NCBI RefSeq assembly: GCF_032482015.1
Contig: NZ_JAWERR010000004.1
Length of the DNA stretch: 64,000 bases
DNA from: Finegoldia magna
Lineage (GTDB): Bacteria > Bacillota > Clostridia > Tissierellales > Peptoniphilaceae
Reading direction: 5' to 3' (one strand)
The notes below the pieces were generated by a model. It made no database searches, was not told the DNA's origin, and was given only the letters and a program-made list of their open reading frames with translations. How positions within the stretch are numbered: position 1 is the first letter of the stretch; each line of letters starts with the position of its first letter. The translations under genes and the position numbers were made by a program. Shown here piece by piece: positions 25,688-34,884 of this stretch.

Positions 25688-27427
25688 TTAAGTGGATGAC
25701 TGCTCATCGTAAATTTGTTTGTAGAAACCATCTTTTAGCAATAGCTCATTATGAGTTCCACTTTCTATTATTTTACCATTAGATAGTGCAAAAATCTTGT
25801 CTACATTTCTAATTGTAGATAATCTGTGAGCTACTATCAATGTAGTTCTAGAATATTTTAGTTTTTCTAATGGTTGTTGAATAATTTGCTCTGTTTCAGT
25901 ATCAATATTTGATGTAGCTTCATCTAGAATTAATATTCTAGGATTTCTAATATACGCTCTGGCAAAAGAAATCAATTGTCTTTCTCCTTGCGAAAGATTG
26001 GATCCTTTTTCTTTTATAGGTTCGTTTAAACCTTTTTTTAGCAAAGTATAACATCCTAACTCTTCCAAAGCAGTAATTACTTCTTCATCAGTATAATCCT
26101 TATCAAGAGTAATATTTTCTTTTAATGTAGTTTCAAAAAGAAAAGGATCTTGTAATACAACAGCAAAATTTTCCCTCAATATATCTTCATTTAAATCATT
26201 GATGTTTACTCCATCAATTAAAATTTCACCAGTTTTCACATCGTAAAACTTCAATATTAAATTCAGTATTGTGGATTTTCCGCTACCTGTAGTTCCTACA
26301 AAAGCTGCACTAGTTGATTTTGGTATTTTAAATGAAACATCCTTTAATACATCATTTTTATCATAAGCAAAATAAACATTTTTAAATTCAATATCTCCCT
26401 TTAGATCTTCTATCACACCATCTGACTTTTCAATTGTATCTAATTTCATTATGTCAAATATGTGACTTGCAGATGCATAAGCTTGTTCCATATCTCCAAA
26501 TCTTGTAACAATTACACTAACATTCGAAAAAATCTTTGAAGTATAGTCGATAATTATATAAAGCCCACCAACTGTAACTGGATAGCTTTTGGTTATCTGA
26601 CCATATCCAAAATAAAATAAAATTATAACTGTTGATAATAAACCAATTATATCAATAGCCCTGTATCCTCCATAGCTTCTTAATTTAGTAAGAGCTAAAT
26701 TATTTCCAAAAATATCTTTGTTAATTTTATCGAACTTATCTTTTATAGTTTGCTTGACATTTAAAGCTTGAATTATTTCCATATTATTAATATTTTCATT
26801 AATATTTGCGTTTATTTTACTAACCAGGTGTCTGATTCTTTTGTTATGTTTTGCTGATTTATATCTATAGTCATAGAATATAAAGAAAACAAGTGGAAAC
26901 AAAATCAAAAGCATCAAAGACACTTTAATATTTGTTACAACCATCATAATATATATTGCAATTATCATTATTGCAGCAGTTGTAATATCTGCCAATATAA
27001 GTTGAAACATTATCTTTAATCTCATAGTGTCATTCGTAATCCTTGATACGATACTTCCTGCTGCCAGATTATCAAAGTATTCTATAGGTAATTCATTGAT
27101 ATGTTTATAAATATCATTTTGTACAAAATATGTCACGTTATTTGCTGCCAATTCAAAATAAATCATACTCAAGTTACTGAAAATTCCACACGCAACGTAA
27201 ATCACCAAATAAATAGCCAAGTATTTAATAATTGATGAAAAATTTCCAACTATATTATTCGTAGCTACAAACTCATTTAATACAAATCCTATTACGATTG
27301 GGCCCAAAATTTCCATTGAAGTTCTTAATAAGGAAAAGACAAATCCAATCACCAATTCTTTGGATTGCTTCATGGAATACATTTTTAGTTTTTCTGATAC
27401 AAATTTATTTCTTAATTTACTCTTCAT
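25688..27427 (-). CDS. ABC exporter, fused permease/ATPase, subunit with canonical Walker B and degenerate signature
   Basis: 579 aa. 6-TM type-I exporter domain. GTTGSGKST, LSQGERQL (non-canonical signature), ILILDEATSNID. Confidence 0.9.
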   Translation of the reverse strand: MKSKLRNKFVSEKLKMYSMKQSKELVIGFVFSLLRTSMEILGPIVIGFVLNEFVATNNIVGNFSSIIKYLAIYLVIYVACGIFSNLSMIYFELAANNVTYFVQNDIYKHINELPIEYFDNLAAGSIVSRITNDTMRLKIMFQLILADITTAAIMIIAIYIMMVVTNIKVSLMLLILFPLVFFIFYDYRYKSAKHNKRIRHLVSKINANINENINNMEIIQALNVKQTIKDKFDKINKDIFGNNLALTKLRSYGGYRAIDIIGLLSTVIILFYFGYGQITKSYPVTVGGLYIIIDYTSKIFSNVSVIVTRFGDMEQAYASASHIFDIMKLDTIEKSDGVIEDLKGDIEFKNVYFAYDKNDVLKDVSFKIPKSTSAAFVGTTGSGKSTILNLILKFYDVKTGEILIDGVNINDLNEDILRENFAVVLQDPFLFETTLKENITLDKDYTDEEVITALEELGCYTLLKKGLNEPIKEKGSNLSQGERQLISFARAYIRNPRILILDEATSNIDTETEQIIQQPLEKLKYSRTTLIVAHRLSTIRNVDKIFALSNGKIIESGTHNELLLKDGFYKQIYDEQSST

Positions 27428-29144
27428 ATCTGCCCCTTACTAATTGGATATTATATTGATTGTAATACCATTGTTTGTTTTCCATTAATTCCGAATGAGT
27501 ACCCATCTCACTTATTTGACCATCTTTCATTACTATTATTAAATCAAAATCGTCAATCTGATTTAATCTATGAGTCGATAAGATTACTGTTTTTTTCAGT
27601 TTTCTTAACTCTCTTAAAATATTTTTCTCAGTTTGAGTATCCAATGCGCTTAAGCAGTCGTCTAATACGACCAAGTTTGAGTCTTTTAATAAAGCTCTTG
27701 CTAATGAAATTCTTTGTTTTTGACCTCCAGATAACGACAGTCCGTTTTCACCACACAAAGTGTCAAATTCATCAGGAAAATTGACTATATCCTTATAAAT
27801 ATCCGCGCTTTTAGATACTTTAATCACTTCTTCATCTGTGGCTTCTATCTTGGAAAGTTTTATATTATTTTTTATTGTATCCGAAAAAATCATACTTTTT
27901 TGAGACACATACGCCATATTATCTCTTGCTGATTTTAAATTTAATAAATTCGTGTATTTACCGTTGATTTCAAATTCATCTTGCCTTGGATATAAGAATA
28001 ATAATTGTTTAAGAATAGTTGACTTTCCTGACCCTGTCTTTCCAACAATAGCCACCCTCATGTTCTTCTTGAATTCAAAAGAAATATCTTTAAGTGCGAA
28101 TTCTTTGGAGTAAGGATATTTGAAACTATAATTTTCAAACTTAATACTTTCTATATCATCAATTTCCATGTAATCTTCGTTTAAATCTAAGTCATCTTCA
28201 TAATCAAGTATATTATCAATTCTATCCATAGATGCATCGGCTTGTTGATATACATTTATGAAGTTTCCTAATGCATACATTGGCCAAATTAACATATTTA
28301 AATAATAAGTAAAAGATACCAATTGACCAACAGATATTTGATTCTTACTTATTAAAAATGTTCCATATCCGATTGCTATAACAAATGTTATTGATGGGAT
28401 TATTCTTTGAAAAGGAGCCATCATTGCTCTGTATTTTACAACATCCATGTTTTTTTGAACCAACATTTTAGATCGATTTTGAAACGAAAAATATCTAGCA
28501 TCTTTTATCCCAAAAACTCTTATAATTCTAATACCTTCAACATCTTCTAATACACTATTGTTTAGCTTATCAAATGTAGATTGCACTATTGAGTATTTTT
28601 CATGGATTTTCTTACCAATTTTTAAACACAAAAATGCCAATATAGGAAGAGGTATTATAGAAACAAGTGTTAAACGAACGTCAACGACAACCATCATTAT
28701 AATTATTATAAACAAAGGAAATACTGTAGAATCGAAAAATGTAAGAGTTCCAAATCCCATCAAATCGCTTAAACTATTGACATCTCCAGTAGCTCTGTTC
28801 ATAAGTTCTCCCGTTTTGAAAGTTTGAAAATATTTCATGGATTCGTTTAAGTATTTATCCATAAGTCTATTTCTAGTTACATAGTCTATTTCATTTGATG
28901 CTCTGAATGTGTAGTAACACCATCCCATTGCAAAAAAATATTTAATTCCTATTACTAAAACATCAATTAAAAGTATAATTAAAAAAGGTTTTAATTCAAT
29001 AGAATTGTTTAATACTCTATCGGTTAATTTCCCTGTAATATATGGAGGAATTAATCCGACCAGGTCACTTAATAAAAGAAATGTAATAGCAAGAATTAAT
29101 TTGTTTTTGTAATATTTTAGAAACCAATAAAATTTCTTGTACAT
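27417..29144 (-). CDS. ABC exporter, fused permease/ATPase, subunit lacking the catalytic Glu
   Basis: 575 aa. GKTGSGKST, LSGGQKQR, and Walker B LVVLDDCLSALD (Asp where the catalytic Glu is expected). 11-nt overlap with the partner gene. Confidence 0.9.
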   Translation of the reverse strand: MYKKFYWFLKYYKNKLILAITFLLLSDLVGLIPPYITGKLTDRVLNNSIELKPFLIILLIDVLVIGIKYFFAMGWCYYTFRASNEIDYVTRNRLMDKYLNESMKYFQTFKTGELMNRATGDVNSLSDLMGFGTLTFFDSTVFPLFIIIIMMVVVDVRLTLVSIIPLPILAFLCLKIGKKIHEKYSIVQSTFDKLNNSVLEDVEGIRIIRVFGIKDARYFSFQNRSKMLVQKNMDVVKYRAMMAPFQRIIPSITFVIAIGYGTFLISKNQISVGQLVSFTYYLNMLIWPMYALGNFINVYQQADASMDRIDNILDYEDDLDLNEDYMEIDDIESIKFENYSFKYPYSKEFALKDISFEFKKNMRVAIVGKTGSGKSTILKQLLFLYPRQDEFEINGKYTNLLNLKSARDNMAYVSQKSMIFSDTIKNNIKLSKIEATDEEVIKVSKSADIYKDIVNFPDEFDTLCGENGLSLSGGQKQRISLARALLKDSNLVVLDDCLSALDTQTEKNILRELRKLKKTVILSTHRLNQIDDFDLIIVMKDGQISEMGTHSELMENKQWYYNQYNIQLVRGRYEE

Positions 29145-29157
29145 TTTACCTCCTTCT

Positions 29158-29196
29158 ATTAAAAATTTGCTCTGAAAAATTCAGAGCAAATTTTTA
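29158..29196 (-). terminator. intrinsic terminator after thrS
   Basis: 13-bp stem AAATTTGCTCTGA / TCAGAGCAAATTT (29163..29175 / 29181..29193), 5-nt loop, flanking A/T runs. Confidence 0.8.
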
Positions 29197-29224
29197 TATT
29201 GTAAAATAAGCTTTCTTTATAGAA

Positions 29225-31129
29225 TTATTTTCTATTTTGATATTCATCTACTAATTCATCAATAAATTCATCAGTATTCTTAGATCCTACATCTCCAAGA
29301 TCTCTTTTTCTTACTGATACCTCATTGTTATCAATTTCATTTTGTCCAATTATTAATGAATAGTTCACTTTCTTCAATTGAGATTCCCTGATCTTAAGCC
29401 CGATTTTTTCACTTCTATCATCGACTTTCACTCTCAATCCACGTGCTTTCATTTTTTGTTGTAATTCATACGCATAATCATTGAATTTATCGCTAATAGG
29501 AAGAATTTCTACTTGAACTGGTGATAACCATAATGGGAATTTTCCAGCATAGTGTTCTATTAGTATTCCCATAAATCTCTCTTCACTACCTAAAATTGCT
29601 CTATGAATCATTGCTGGACGTTTTTTAGATCCATCACTTGCGATATAAGTCATATCGAATCTTTCTGGCATTTGGAAATCCAATTGAATAGTTCCACATT
29701 GCCAAGTTCTACCAATTGCATCTTCCAAATGGAAATCTATTTTAGGCCCGTAGAAAGCACCGTCACCTTCATTAATTTTATATTCAAGACCTTTATGTTC
29801 CAATGCACTCTTAAGTGAATTAATTGCTAAATCCCAATCTTCATCTGATCCCATTGAATCTTCTGGACGAGTTGACAATTCAACTTCATATTTAAAACCA
29901 AACTTAGAATAAATATAATCACAGAAATCTATAATCTTAGTTACTTCTTCTTCTATTTGTTCAGGTAAACAGAATACATGTGCATCATCTTGTACGAAAG
30001 TTCTAACTCTGAATAAGCCATGCAATGCCCCTGATAATTCATGACGGTGAACTTGACCAAGTTCTGCAACTTTAATTGGAAGTTCTCTGTAGCTGTGCAA
30101 TTCATCTTTGTAAACTAAAATTGATCCTGGACAGTTCATTGGCTTTATTGCATAATCATCACCATCTATTTGAGTGAAATACATATTTTCTTTGTAGTGA
30201 TCCCAGTGACCTGATTGATGCCATAAATCTTCGTTCAAAATCAATGGAGTTTTGATTTGTCCATATCCTCTATCTAAAAGTTGTTCCTTCAAGAATTTTT
30301 CTAGTTCATTTAACACAACCATTCCATTTGGATGGAAAAATGGGAAACCCGGTCCTTCTTCTTGAATTGAGAATAGCCCCATTTCTTTACCAATTTTTCT
30401 GTGATCTCTTTTCTTAGCTTCTTCCATTCTTTCTAAATATTCGTCTAATAATTTTTTCTTAGGGAATGAAATTCCGTAAATTCTTTGAAGCATCTTGTTA
30501 TTTTCATCACCTCTCCAGTATGCACCGGCAATTGATAATAACTTGAATGCTTTAATATTTTTCACTTCTAATAAATGAGGTCCTCTACACAAATCAACGA
30601 AGTCTCCCATTTCATACAATGTAATTGTAGCATCTTCATCAAGATTTTCTATTAAGTCAACTTTATAATCTTGACCTTCTTTCTTAAATCTTTCCAAAGC
30701 TTCTTCTCTTGAGATCTCAACTCTTACTAATTTAGGATTTTCCTTAACTATTTTTTTCATTTCGGCTTCAATTTTTTCTAAATCCTCAGGTACAAACTTG
30801 TGATCTGTATCTAAATCATAATAGAATCCAGAATCAATTGATGGTCCAATTGCAAATTTTGTATTTGGATACAATCTTTGAATAGCATAAGCCATTAAGT
30901 GAGATGAAGTATGCCAGAAAACTTGCTTTCCTTCTTCATCATCAAATTTTACGAATTGAACTTCACAGTCAGAATCAATAGTTTCCATTAATCCCATTAT
31001 TTTACCATCTACAACTGCTCCGACACAGTCTCTTGCTAATCCTTCAGAAATTGATTTGCAAACATCTAATAAACTAATTTCTTCATCAAATTCTTTTACG
31101 GATCCATCTTTTAATTTTACTTCAAACAT
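29225..31129 (-). CDS. thrS: threonine--tRNA ligase
   Basis: 634 aa. TGS domain N-terminus, editing-domain HTSSH, class II core motifs (FRVRTFVQDDAHVF, GTIQLDF). Confidence 0.96.
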   Translation of the reverse strand: MFEVKLKDGSVKEFDEEISLLDVCKSISEGLARDCVGAVVDGKIMGLMETIDSDCEVQFVKFDDEEGKQVFWHTSSHLMAYAIQRLYPNTKFAIGPSIDSGFYYDLDTDHKFVPEDLEKIEAEMKKIVKENPKLVRVEISREEALERFKKEGQDYKVDLIENLDEDATITLYEMGDFVDLCRGPHLLEVKNIKAFKLLSIAGAYWRGDENNKMLQRIYGISFPKKKLLDEYLERMEEAKKRDHRKIGKEMGLFSIQEEGPGFPFFHPNGMVVLNELEKFLKEQLLDRGYGQIKTPLILNEDLWHQSGHWDHYKENMYFTQIDGDDYAIKPMNCPGSILVYKDELHSYRELPIKVAELGQVHRHELSGALHGLFRVRTFVQDDAHVFCLPEQIEEEVTKIIDFCDYIYSKFGFKYEVELSTRPEDSMGSDEDWDLAINSLKSALEHKGLEYKINEGDGAFYGPKIDFHLEDAIGRTWQCGTIQLDFQMPERFDMTYIASDGSKKRPAMIHRAILGSEERFMGILIEHYAGKFPLWLSPVQVEILPISDKFNDYAYELQQKMKARGLRVKVDDRSEKIGLKIRESQLKKVNYSLIIGQNEIDNNEVSVRKRDLGDVGSKNTDEFIDELVDEYQNRK

Positions 31130-31140
31130 AAATACCTCCT

Positions 31141-31320
31141 AATAAAAAAGAGACCCTCATCCCGATAGGGACAAGTGTCTCGTGGTTCCACCCTAATTTT
31201 TTCTCATTTGACAATAGGCTCCAAATTAGTATTCAGCATACTGATCTCTTAAGTAAAATTTCAGCCTAAGTTTTACTCTCTCTGAAAGTTCTTATATGCT
31301 TACTGGGATTTTTCATCGCC
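31141..31320 (-). promoter_or_regulatory. T-box leader (threonine) controlling thrS
   Basis: Minus strand has AGAGAG/GTA stem-I elements, the conserved T-box AATTAGGGTGGAACCACG (31198..31181), and a terminator hairpin at 31181..31150 followed by TTTTTT. Candidate specifier ACU at 31230..31228 followed by A. Confidence 0.85.
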
Positions 31321-31321
31321 T

Positions 31322-32617
31322 TTATTTTAACTTTTCAAAAATTTGGTTAAGTTCTAATAATTCTTGATTACCATTTTCCATATTTCGTAAAGTGAATTTA
31401 TTTCGCTCAACTTCATCTTGTCCTATTATTATAACATATTTTACGGATAATTTGTCAGCATAATTAAATTTCTTTTTTAATTTATCATCTTCAAGATAAC
31501 TCATACATCTTACAGAAGAACTTCTCAAATCTTTCATCAACTTCACTGCATTTTTTTCATAACCTTTCATAGGAATAATAATGCAATCAAAGTTAGTTTG
31601 TTGTCCTTTAACCAAATTTAATTCTTGAAGTTGATAGAATAATCTAGTTAAGCCGATACTCATTCCTACTCCAGGCAACTTGCTTCTAGTAAAATTATTC
31701 GCTAGACTATCATATCTTCCTCCAGAACAAATAGATCCAATTTCACGATATTCCTTAAAAAATGTTTCAAATACTGAACCTGTATAGTAATCAAGTCCTC
31801 TAGTTATCGATAAATTTATTTTAATATTATCTGGACTAACACCCAAAGATAAAATATCTTCATATACAAACTTCAATTCTTCAAGCCCACAAACAAATAA
31901 TTCATTATCGATATTCAGTGATTCTAGTTTTTCGATTATTTCTTGGTTAGTTCCATCTATTTGTAAGAAACTTAAAATCGAATCTATTTTTTCATCATCC
32001 AAGTTAATTTTCGATAATTCTTCTTTTACATTATCTATTCCTATTTTATCTAATTTGTCAATTATTCTCAAACACGATTCAAAGTCCTCAATACCTAAAT
32101 CAGAGAAATATCCATTCAATAATTTTCTGTTATTAAATTGAAATTCAAAGTCTGGAACATCTATTGATTTTAAAGCTTCATACATACATTTTACTATTTC
32201 CGCATCATTATATAAGCTCAATTTTTCATTTCCTATGATGTCTATATCACATTGATAAAATTCTTTATATCTTCCTTTTTGATTTCTTTCTCCTCTATAC
32301 ACCTTAGCTATCTGATATCTTCTAAATGGGAATGCTAAGTCTTGCATGTACATTGAAACGTATTTTGCGAGTGGCACAGTTAAGTCAAATCTTAATCCTT
32401 GATTTTTCTTACTACTATCAATTTTATAAACTTGCTTACTTGTTTCTCCTCCACCTTTAGATAGTAAAACGTCTAATTTTTCTATAGCAGGTGTATCGAT
32501 TGAAAAAAATGCATTTTTAATAAAAACATCTTCTATTCTTCTTTTTATTGTATCAAACACCATTTGGTCTTCAGGAAGAAGTTCCATCATTCCCGGTAAT
32601 GTAGATGGTTGAATCAT
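31322..32617 (-). CDS. hisS: histidine--tRNA ligase
   Basis: 431 aa. VYRGERNQKGRYKEFYQCDIDIIG (motif 2), RGLDYYTGSVFE, CSGGRYDSL. Confidence 0.92.
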   Translation of the reverse strand: MIQPSTLPGMMELLPEDQMVFDTIKRRIEDVFIKNAFFSIDTPAIEKLDVLLSKGGGETSKQVYKIDSSKKNQGLRFDLTVPLAKYVSMYMQDLAFPFRRYQIAKVYRGERNQKGRYKEFYQCDIDIIGNEKLSLYNDAEIVKCMYEALKSIDVPDFEFQFNNRKLLNGYFSDLGIEDFESCLRIIDKLDKIGIDNVKEELSKINLDDEKIDSILSFLQIDGTNQEIIEKLESLNIDNELFVCGLEELKFVYEDILSLGVSPDNIKINLSITRGLDYYTGSVFETFFKEYREIGSICSGGRYDSLANNFTRSKLPGVGMSIGLTRLFYQLQELNLVKGQQTNFDCIIIPMKGYEKNAVKLMKDLRSSSVRCMSYLEDDKLKKKFNYADKLSVKYVIIIGQDEVERNKFTLRNMENGNQELLELNQIFEKLK

Positions 32618-32627
32618 AATTGACCTC

Positions 32628-33761
32628 CTATTTATTAAAGATTATAGATCCGCGATCTATAAAATCATCATCATCTGTATAATAGTATTTTATATTTTCT
32701 TGTTCTAAAATTTCAATAAGTTTATTTTTAAATTTATATTTTTCAAGATTGCCATAAAACACAACCCCTAAATCAACACAATATCCACAAGTCCCACCAA
32801 TAAATCCTGTATCATAACCTTCTAGTTTTATTTCACCGGCATCTATCAGATAAGCCTTAATACTTTGTTTTTGAACACTAGCATATATAGATTTATCACT
32901 GGTAATTACAAATTTATCAGTAACTATTGTTGAACATTTGGAGTATCCTTGTTTTACCATTATTATTTTCTCATCTTTAAGAAGTTTCAAGATAACAGGA
33001 TCTACAGATTTTTTATTACATACTAAATGATTTTCAATTGAAAAGTTATTTAACAAGCAATCTTTCGGATATGTGTTCGTTATCTCAAGCTCCGTTACGT
33101 ATAATGTTATATAATTTGGAAGATATGCTCTATAATGAAAATACGATTCTTGAGTACAAACAAATGTATTCTCATTTATTTTTCTAATTTGCATATCTAC
33201 ATGGTCATTAACTTTTTCATCCATTTTTTTACTATTGAAACTGTAAATAACTTCATAATCATTGTCTTTTAAAAATTTTATCAAGCCTTTTTTAGCTTTA
33301 AAACTAATTATCGCAAATTTATTATGAGATTCAACAAACATATCATTCTTTATTTCTAATCTATTTTGATCATCCAAATATTCTTTTATAATTTCATCAA
33401 AAATAAATCCATTGAACTTAAATTTAATTATATCAAATAAGTTTGATAGTGCATAATCCATTAAAAATCTAAAAATTTTAAAAAGTATTGATTTATTAAT
33501 TTTATCTAAATATATCTCTTTAATTAACAACTCTTTATCATCTACATCTAAAACCAAATACCCTATTAACTTAGTTTCTTCAAAAATCAAGAAATGATTT
33601 TTTCTAGATATTTGTTTTTTCAAAGATTTAATTATTGTTGTTCTATTTTTCGCCAAATTTGAATCAAACTTATTTTGAAATAAAAAATTATTTCTCAGTT
33701 TGTATACAAAATCTGATAATTCCTCAATATACTCATCTTCTAATAAATCAATAAAAATCAT
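32628..33761 (-). CDS. uncharacterised fusion protein: GNAT-like N-terminal domain + C-terminal domain of a clostridial unknown family (pentein-like?)
   Basis: 377 aa. SD AAAGGAG. N-terminus HFLIFEETKLIGYLVLDVDDKELLIKEIYL (GNAT beta4-like, no Q/RxxGxG/A). C-terminus DHVDMQ...KQGYSKCS...GFIGGTCG...DRGS. Its stop lies 10 nt before the hisS ATG. Confidence 0.75.
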   Translation of the reverse strand: MIFIDLLEDEYIEELSDFVYKLRNNFLFQNKFDSNLAKNRTTIIKSLKKQISRKNHFLIFEETKLIGYLVLDVDDKELLIKEIYLDKINKSILFKIFRFLMDYALSNLFDIIKFKFNGFIFDEIIKEYLDDQNRLEIKNDMFVESHNKFAIISFKAKKGLIKFLKDNDYEVIYSFNSKKMDEKVNDHVDMQIRKINENTFVCTQESYFHYRAYLPNYITLYVTELEITNTYPKDCLLNNFSIENHLVCNKKSVDPVILKLLKDEKIIMVKQGYSKCSTIVTDKFVITSDKSIYASVQKQSIKAYLIDAGEIKLEGYDTGFIGGTCGYCVDLGVVFYGNLEKYKFKNKLIEILEQENIKYYYTDDDDFIDRGSIIFNK

Positions 33762-33779
33762 ATTAACTCCTTTACATAT

Positions 33780-33813
33780 AAAAAAAAGGAAAGTCTATAA
33801 TAAACTTTCCTTT
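33780..33813 (-). terminator. hairpin + T-run immediately after tRNA-Cys
   Basis: AAAGGAAAGT / ACTTTCCTTT stem (33785..33794 / 33804..33813), 9-nt loop, then T-run on the minus strand. About 8 nt later comes the SD of the next gene. Confidence 0.7.
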
Positions 33814-33886
33814 GGAGGCGACACCCAGATTTGAACTGGGGGTGAAGGTGTTGCAGACCTCTGCCTTACCACTTGGCTATGTCGCC
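33813..33886 (-). tRNA. tRNA-Cys (GCA), CCA encoded
   Basis: Reverse complement GGCGACATAGCCAAGTGGTAAGGCAGAGGTCTGCAACACCTTCACCCCCAGTTCAAATCTGGGTGTCGCCTCCA folds as a cloverleaf. Anticodon loop CUGCAAC. Confidence 0.95.
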
Positions 33887-33889
33887 GTA

Positions 33890-33964
33890 TGGAGCGGAAG
33901 ACGAGACTCGAACTCGCGACCCTCGCCTTGGCAAGGCGATGCTCTACCACTGAGCCACTTCCGC
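33890..33964 (-). tRNA. tRNA-Gly (GCC), CCA encoded
   Basis: Reverse complement GCGGAAGTGGCTCAGTGGTAGAGCATCGCCTTGCCAAGGCGAGGGTCGCGAGTTCGAGTCTCGTCTTCCGCTCCA. Anticodon loop UUGCCAA. Confidence 0.95.
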
Positions 33965-33972
33965 ACACATTT

Positions 33973-34048
33973 TGGTGCCCAGAGCCGGAATCGAACCAGC
34001 GACACAAGGATTTTCAGTCCTTTGCTCTACCGACTGAGCTATCTGGGC
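33973..34048 (-). tRNA. tRNA-Phe (GAA), CCA encoded
   Basis: Reverse complement GCCCAGATAGCTCAGTCGGTAGAGCAAAGGACTGAAAATCCTTGTGTCGCTGGTTCGATTCCGGCTCTGGGCACCA. Anticodon loop CUGAAAA. Confidence 0.95.
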
Positions 34049-34073
34049 TTAATGTATCAAACATTACTTTACT

Positions 34074-34102
34074 AGTATAAACGATTAAATTTGTTTTGTC
34101 AA
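34074..34102 (-). promoter_or_regulatory. strong sigma-A type promoter of the tRNA operon
   Basis: Minus strand TTGACA (34102..34097), 17 nt spacer, TATACT (34079..34074). About 25 nt upstream of tRNA-Phe. Confidence 0.7.
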
Positions 34103-34137
34103 ATTTTTTTACAACAATTTAAATCCGACTTTACAAT

Positions 34138-34863
34138 TTACTTATACCTTTGTAATACTCTGTCATTTAACCCATACCACAATGCATCTTCTATAGAATT
34201 ATTTAAAACAGTTTTCAAAGTTTTAACAATTTTTTTGTACAAATTTTCTAATTGCCACATATTCAAGAATTTTTCTTCAGAAATCACTACACTATCATTA
34301 ATAGATTTCATCACTAACTGTTTGTCCATCTTGCTATTAATGCTAAATATCTTGTCTTTTAAGATGTTTTCACAATAATTATCTATTATTGAATCTTGTA
34401 CTCTAAATGCATTTGATTTGTTTTTAATTGAACTAATCATCTTATTTTTTAAAAACTTAGCACTTCTGCTTTCAGTATTATGAAGAAGAATATCCGATTT
34501 TTTAATCGTAGATGCTGGAATATGTCTTAATGCATAAAACTCCAACTCATCACTTATATTCTTATTATTAAAGCCTTCAGTATAAGCTTGAAGATAATAA
34601 GTGAATTCAATTTTATTAATATCTTCTGATATCAAATCAAAAATAGCTTTAATAATATTTTCTCTATCATTTCTATACGACAAATGATTAATTAAAACAT
34701 TGTAAATTTTATTAAGAGCGTTATATTTGACATAACAAGGTTGTATTTTGTTTTCTTGTTGAACAATATCAAGCATTAAGTATAAAGCTAATAAATCGTC
34801 TTCGAAAAGAAATTTTTTCTCAAGCTTTTTCTTTAAATTGTTCGTGTTATAAGCTTTATACAT
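34138..34863 (-). CDS. hypothetical protein, predicted all-helical, no recognisable motif
   Basis: 241 aa ORF. ATG preceded by AGGAGTAGGAG. 21 nt after the upstream gene. No TM or signal sequence. Confidence 0.7.
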   Translation of the reverse strand: MYKAYNTNNLKKKLEKKFLFEDDLLALYLMLDIVQQENKIQPCYVKYNALNKIYNVLINHLSYRNDRENIIKAIFDLISEDINKIEFTYYLQAYTEGFNNKNISDELEFYALRHIPASTIKKSDILLHNTESRSAKFLKNKMISSIKNKSNAFRVQDSIIDNYCENILKDKIFSINSKMDKQLVMKSINDSVVISEEKFLNMWQLENLYKKIVKTLKTVLNNSIEDALWYGLNDRVLQRYK

Positions 34864-34884
34864 AACTCCTACTCCTAATTATAT

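Noticed and set aside
31322-31380. Dedicated thrS promoter inside the hisS 3' end (for example TTAACC...TAAAAT)
   Set aside because: Spacer lengths and hexamer matches are poor (15-nt spacer, weak -35). I left this unresolved rather than annotating it.
33795-34080. Three ORFs in the track (33795..34007 minus, 33812..34075 plus, 33889..34080 plus) with unusually GC-rich, Arg/Ser/Pro-rich translations
   Set aside because: They lie exactly over the tRNA-Cys, tRNA-Gly and tRNA-Phe genes. The open frames are a by-product of the GC-rich structured RNA sequence, not coding regions.
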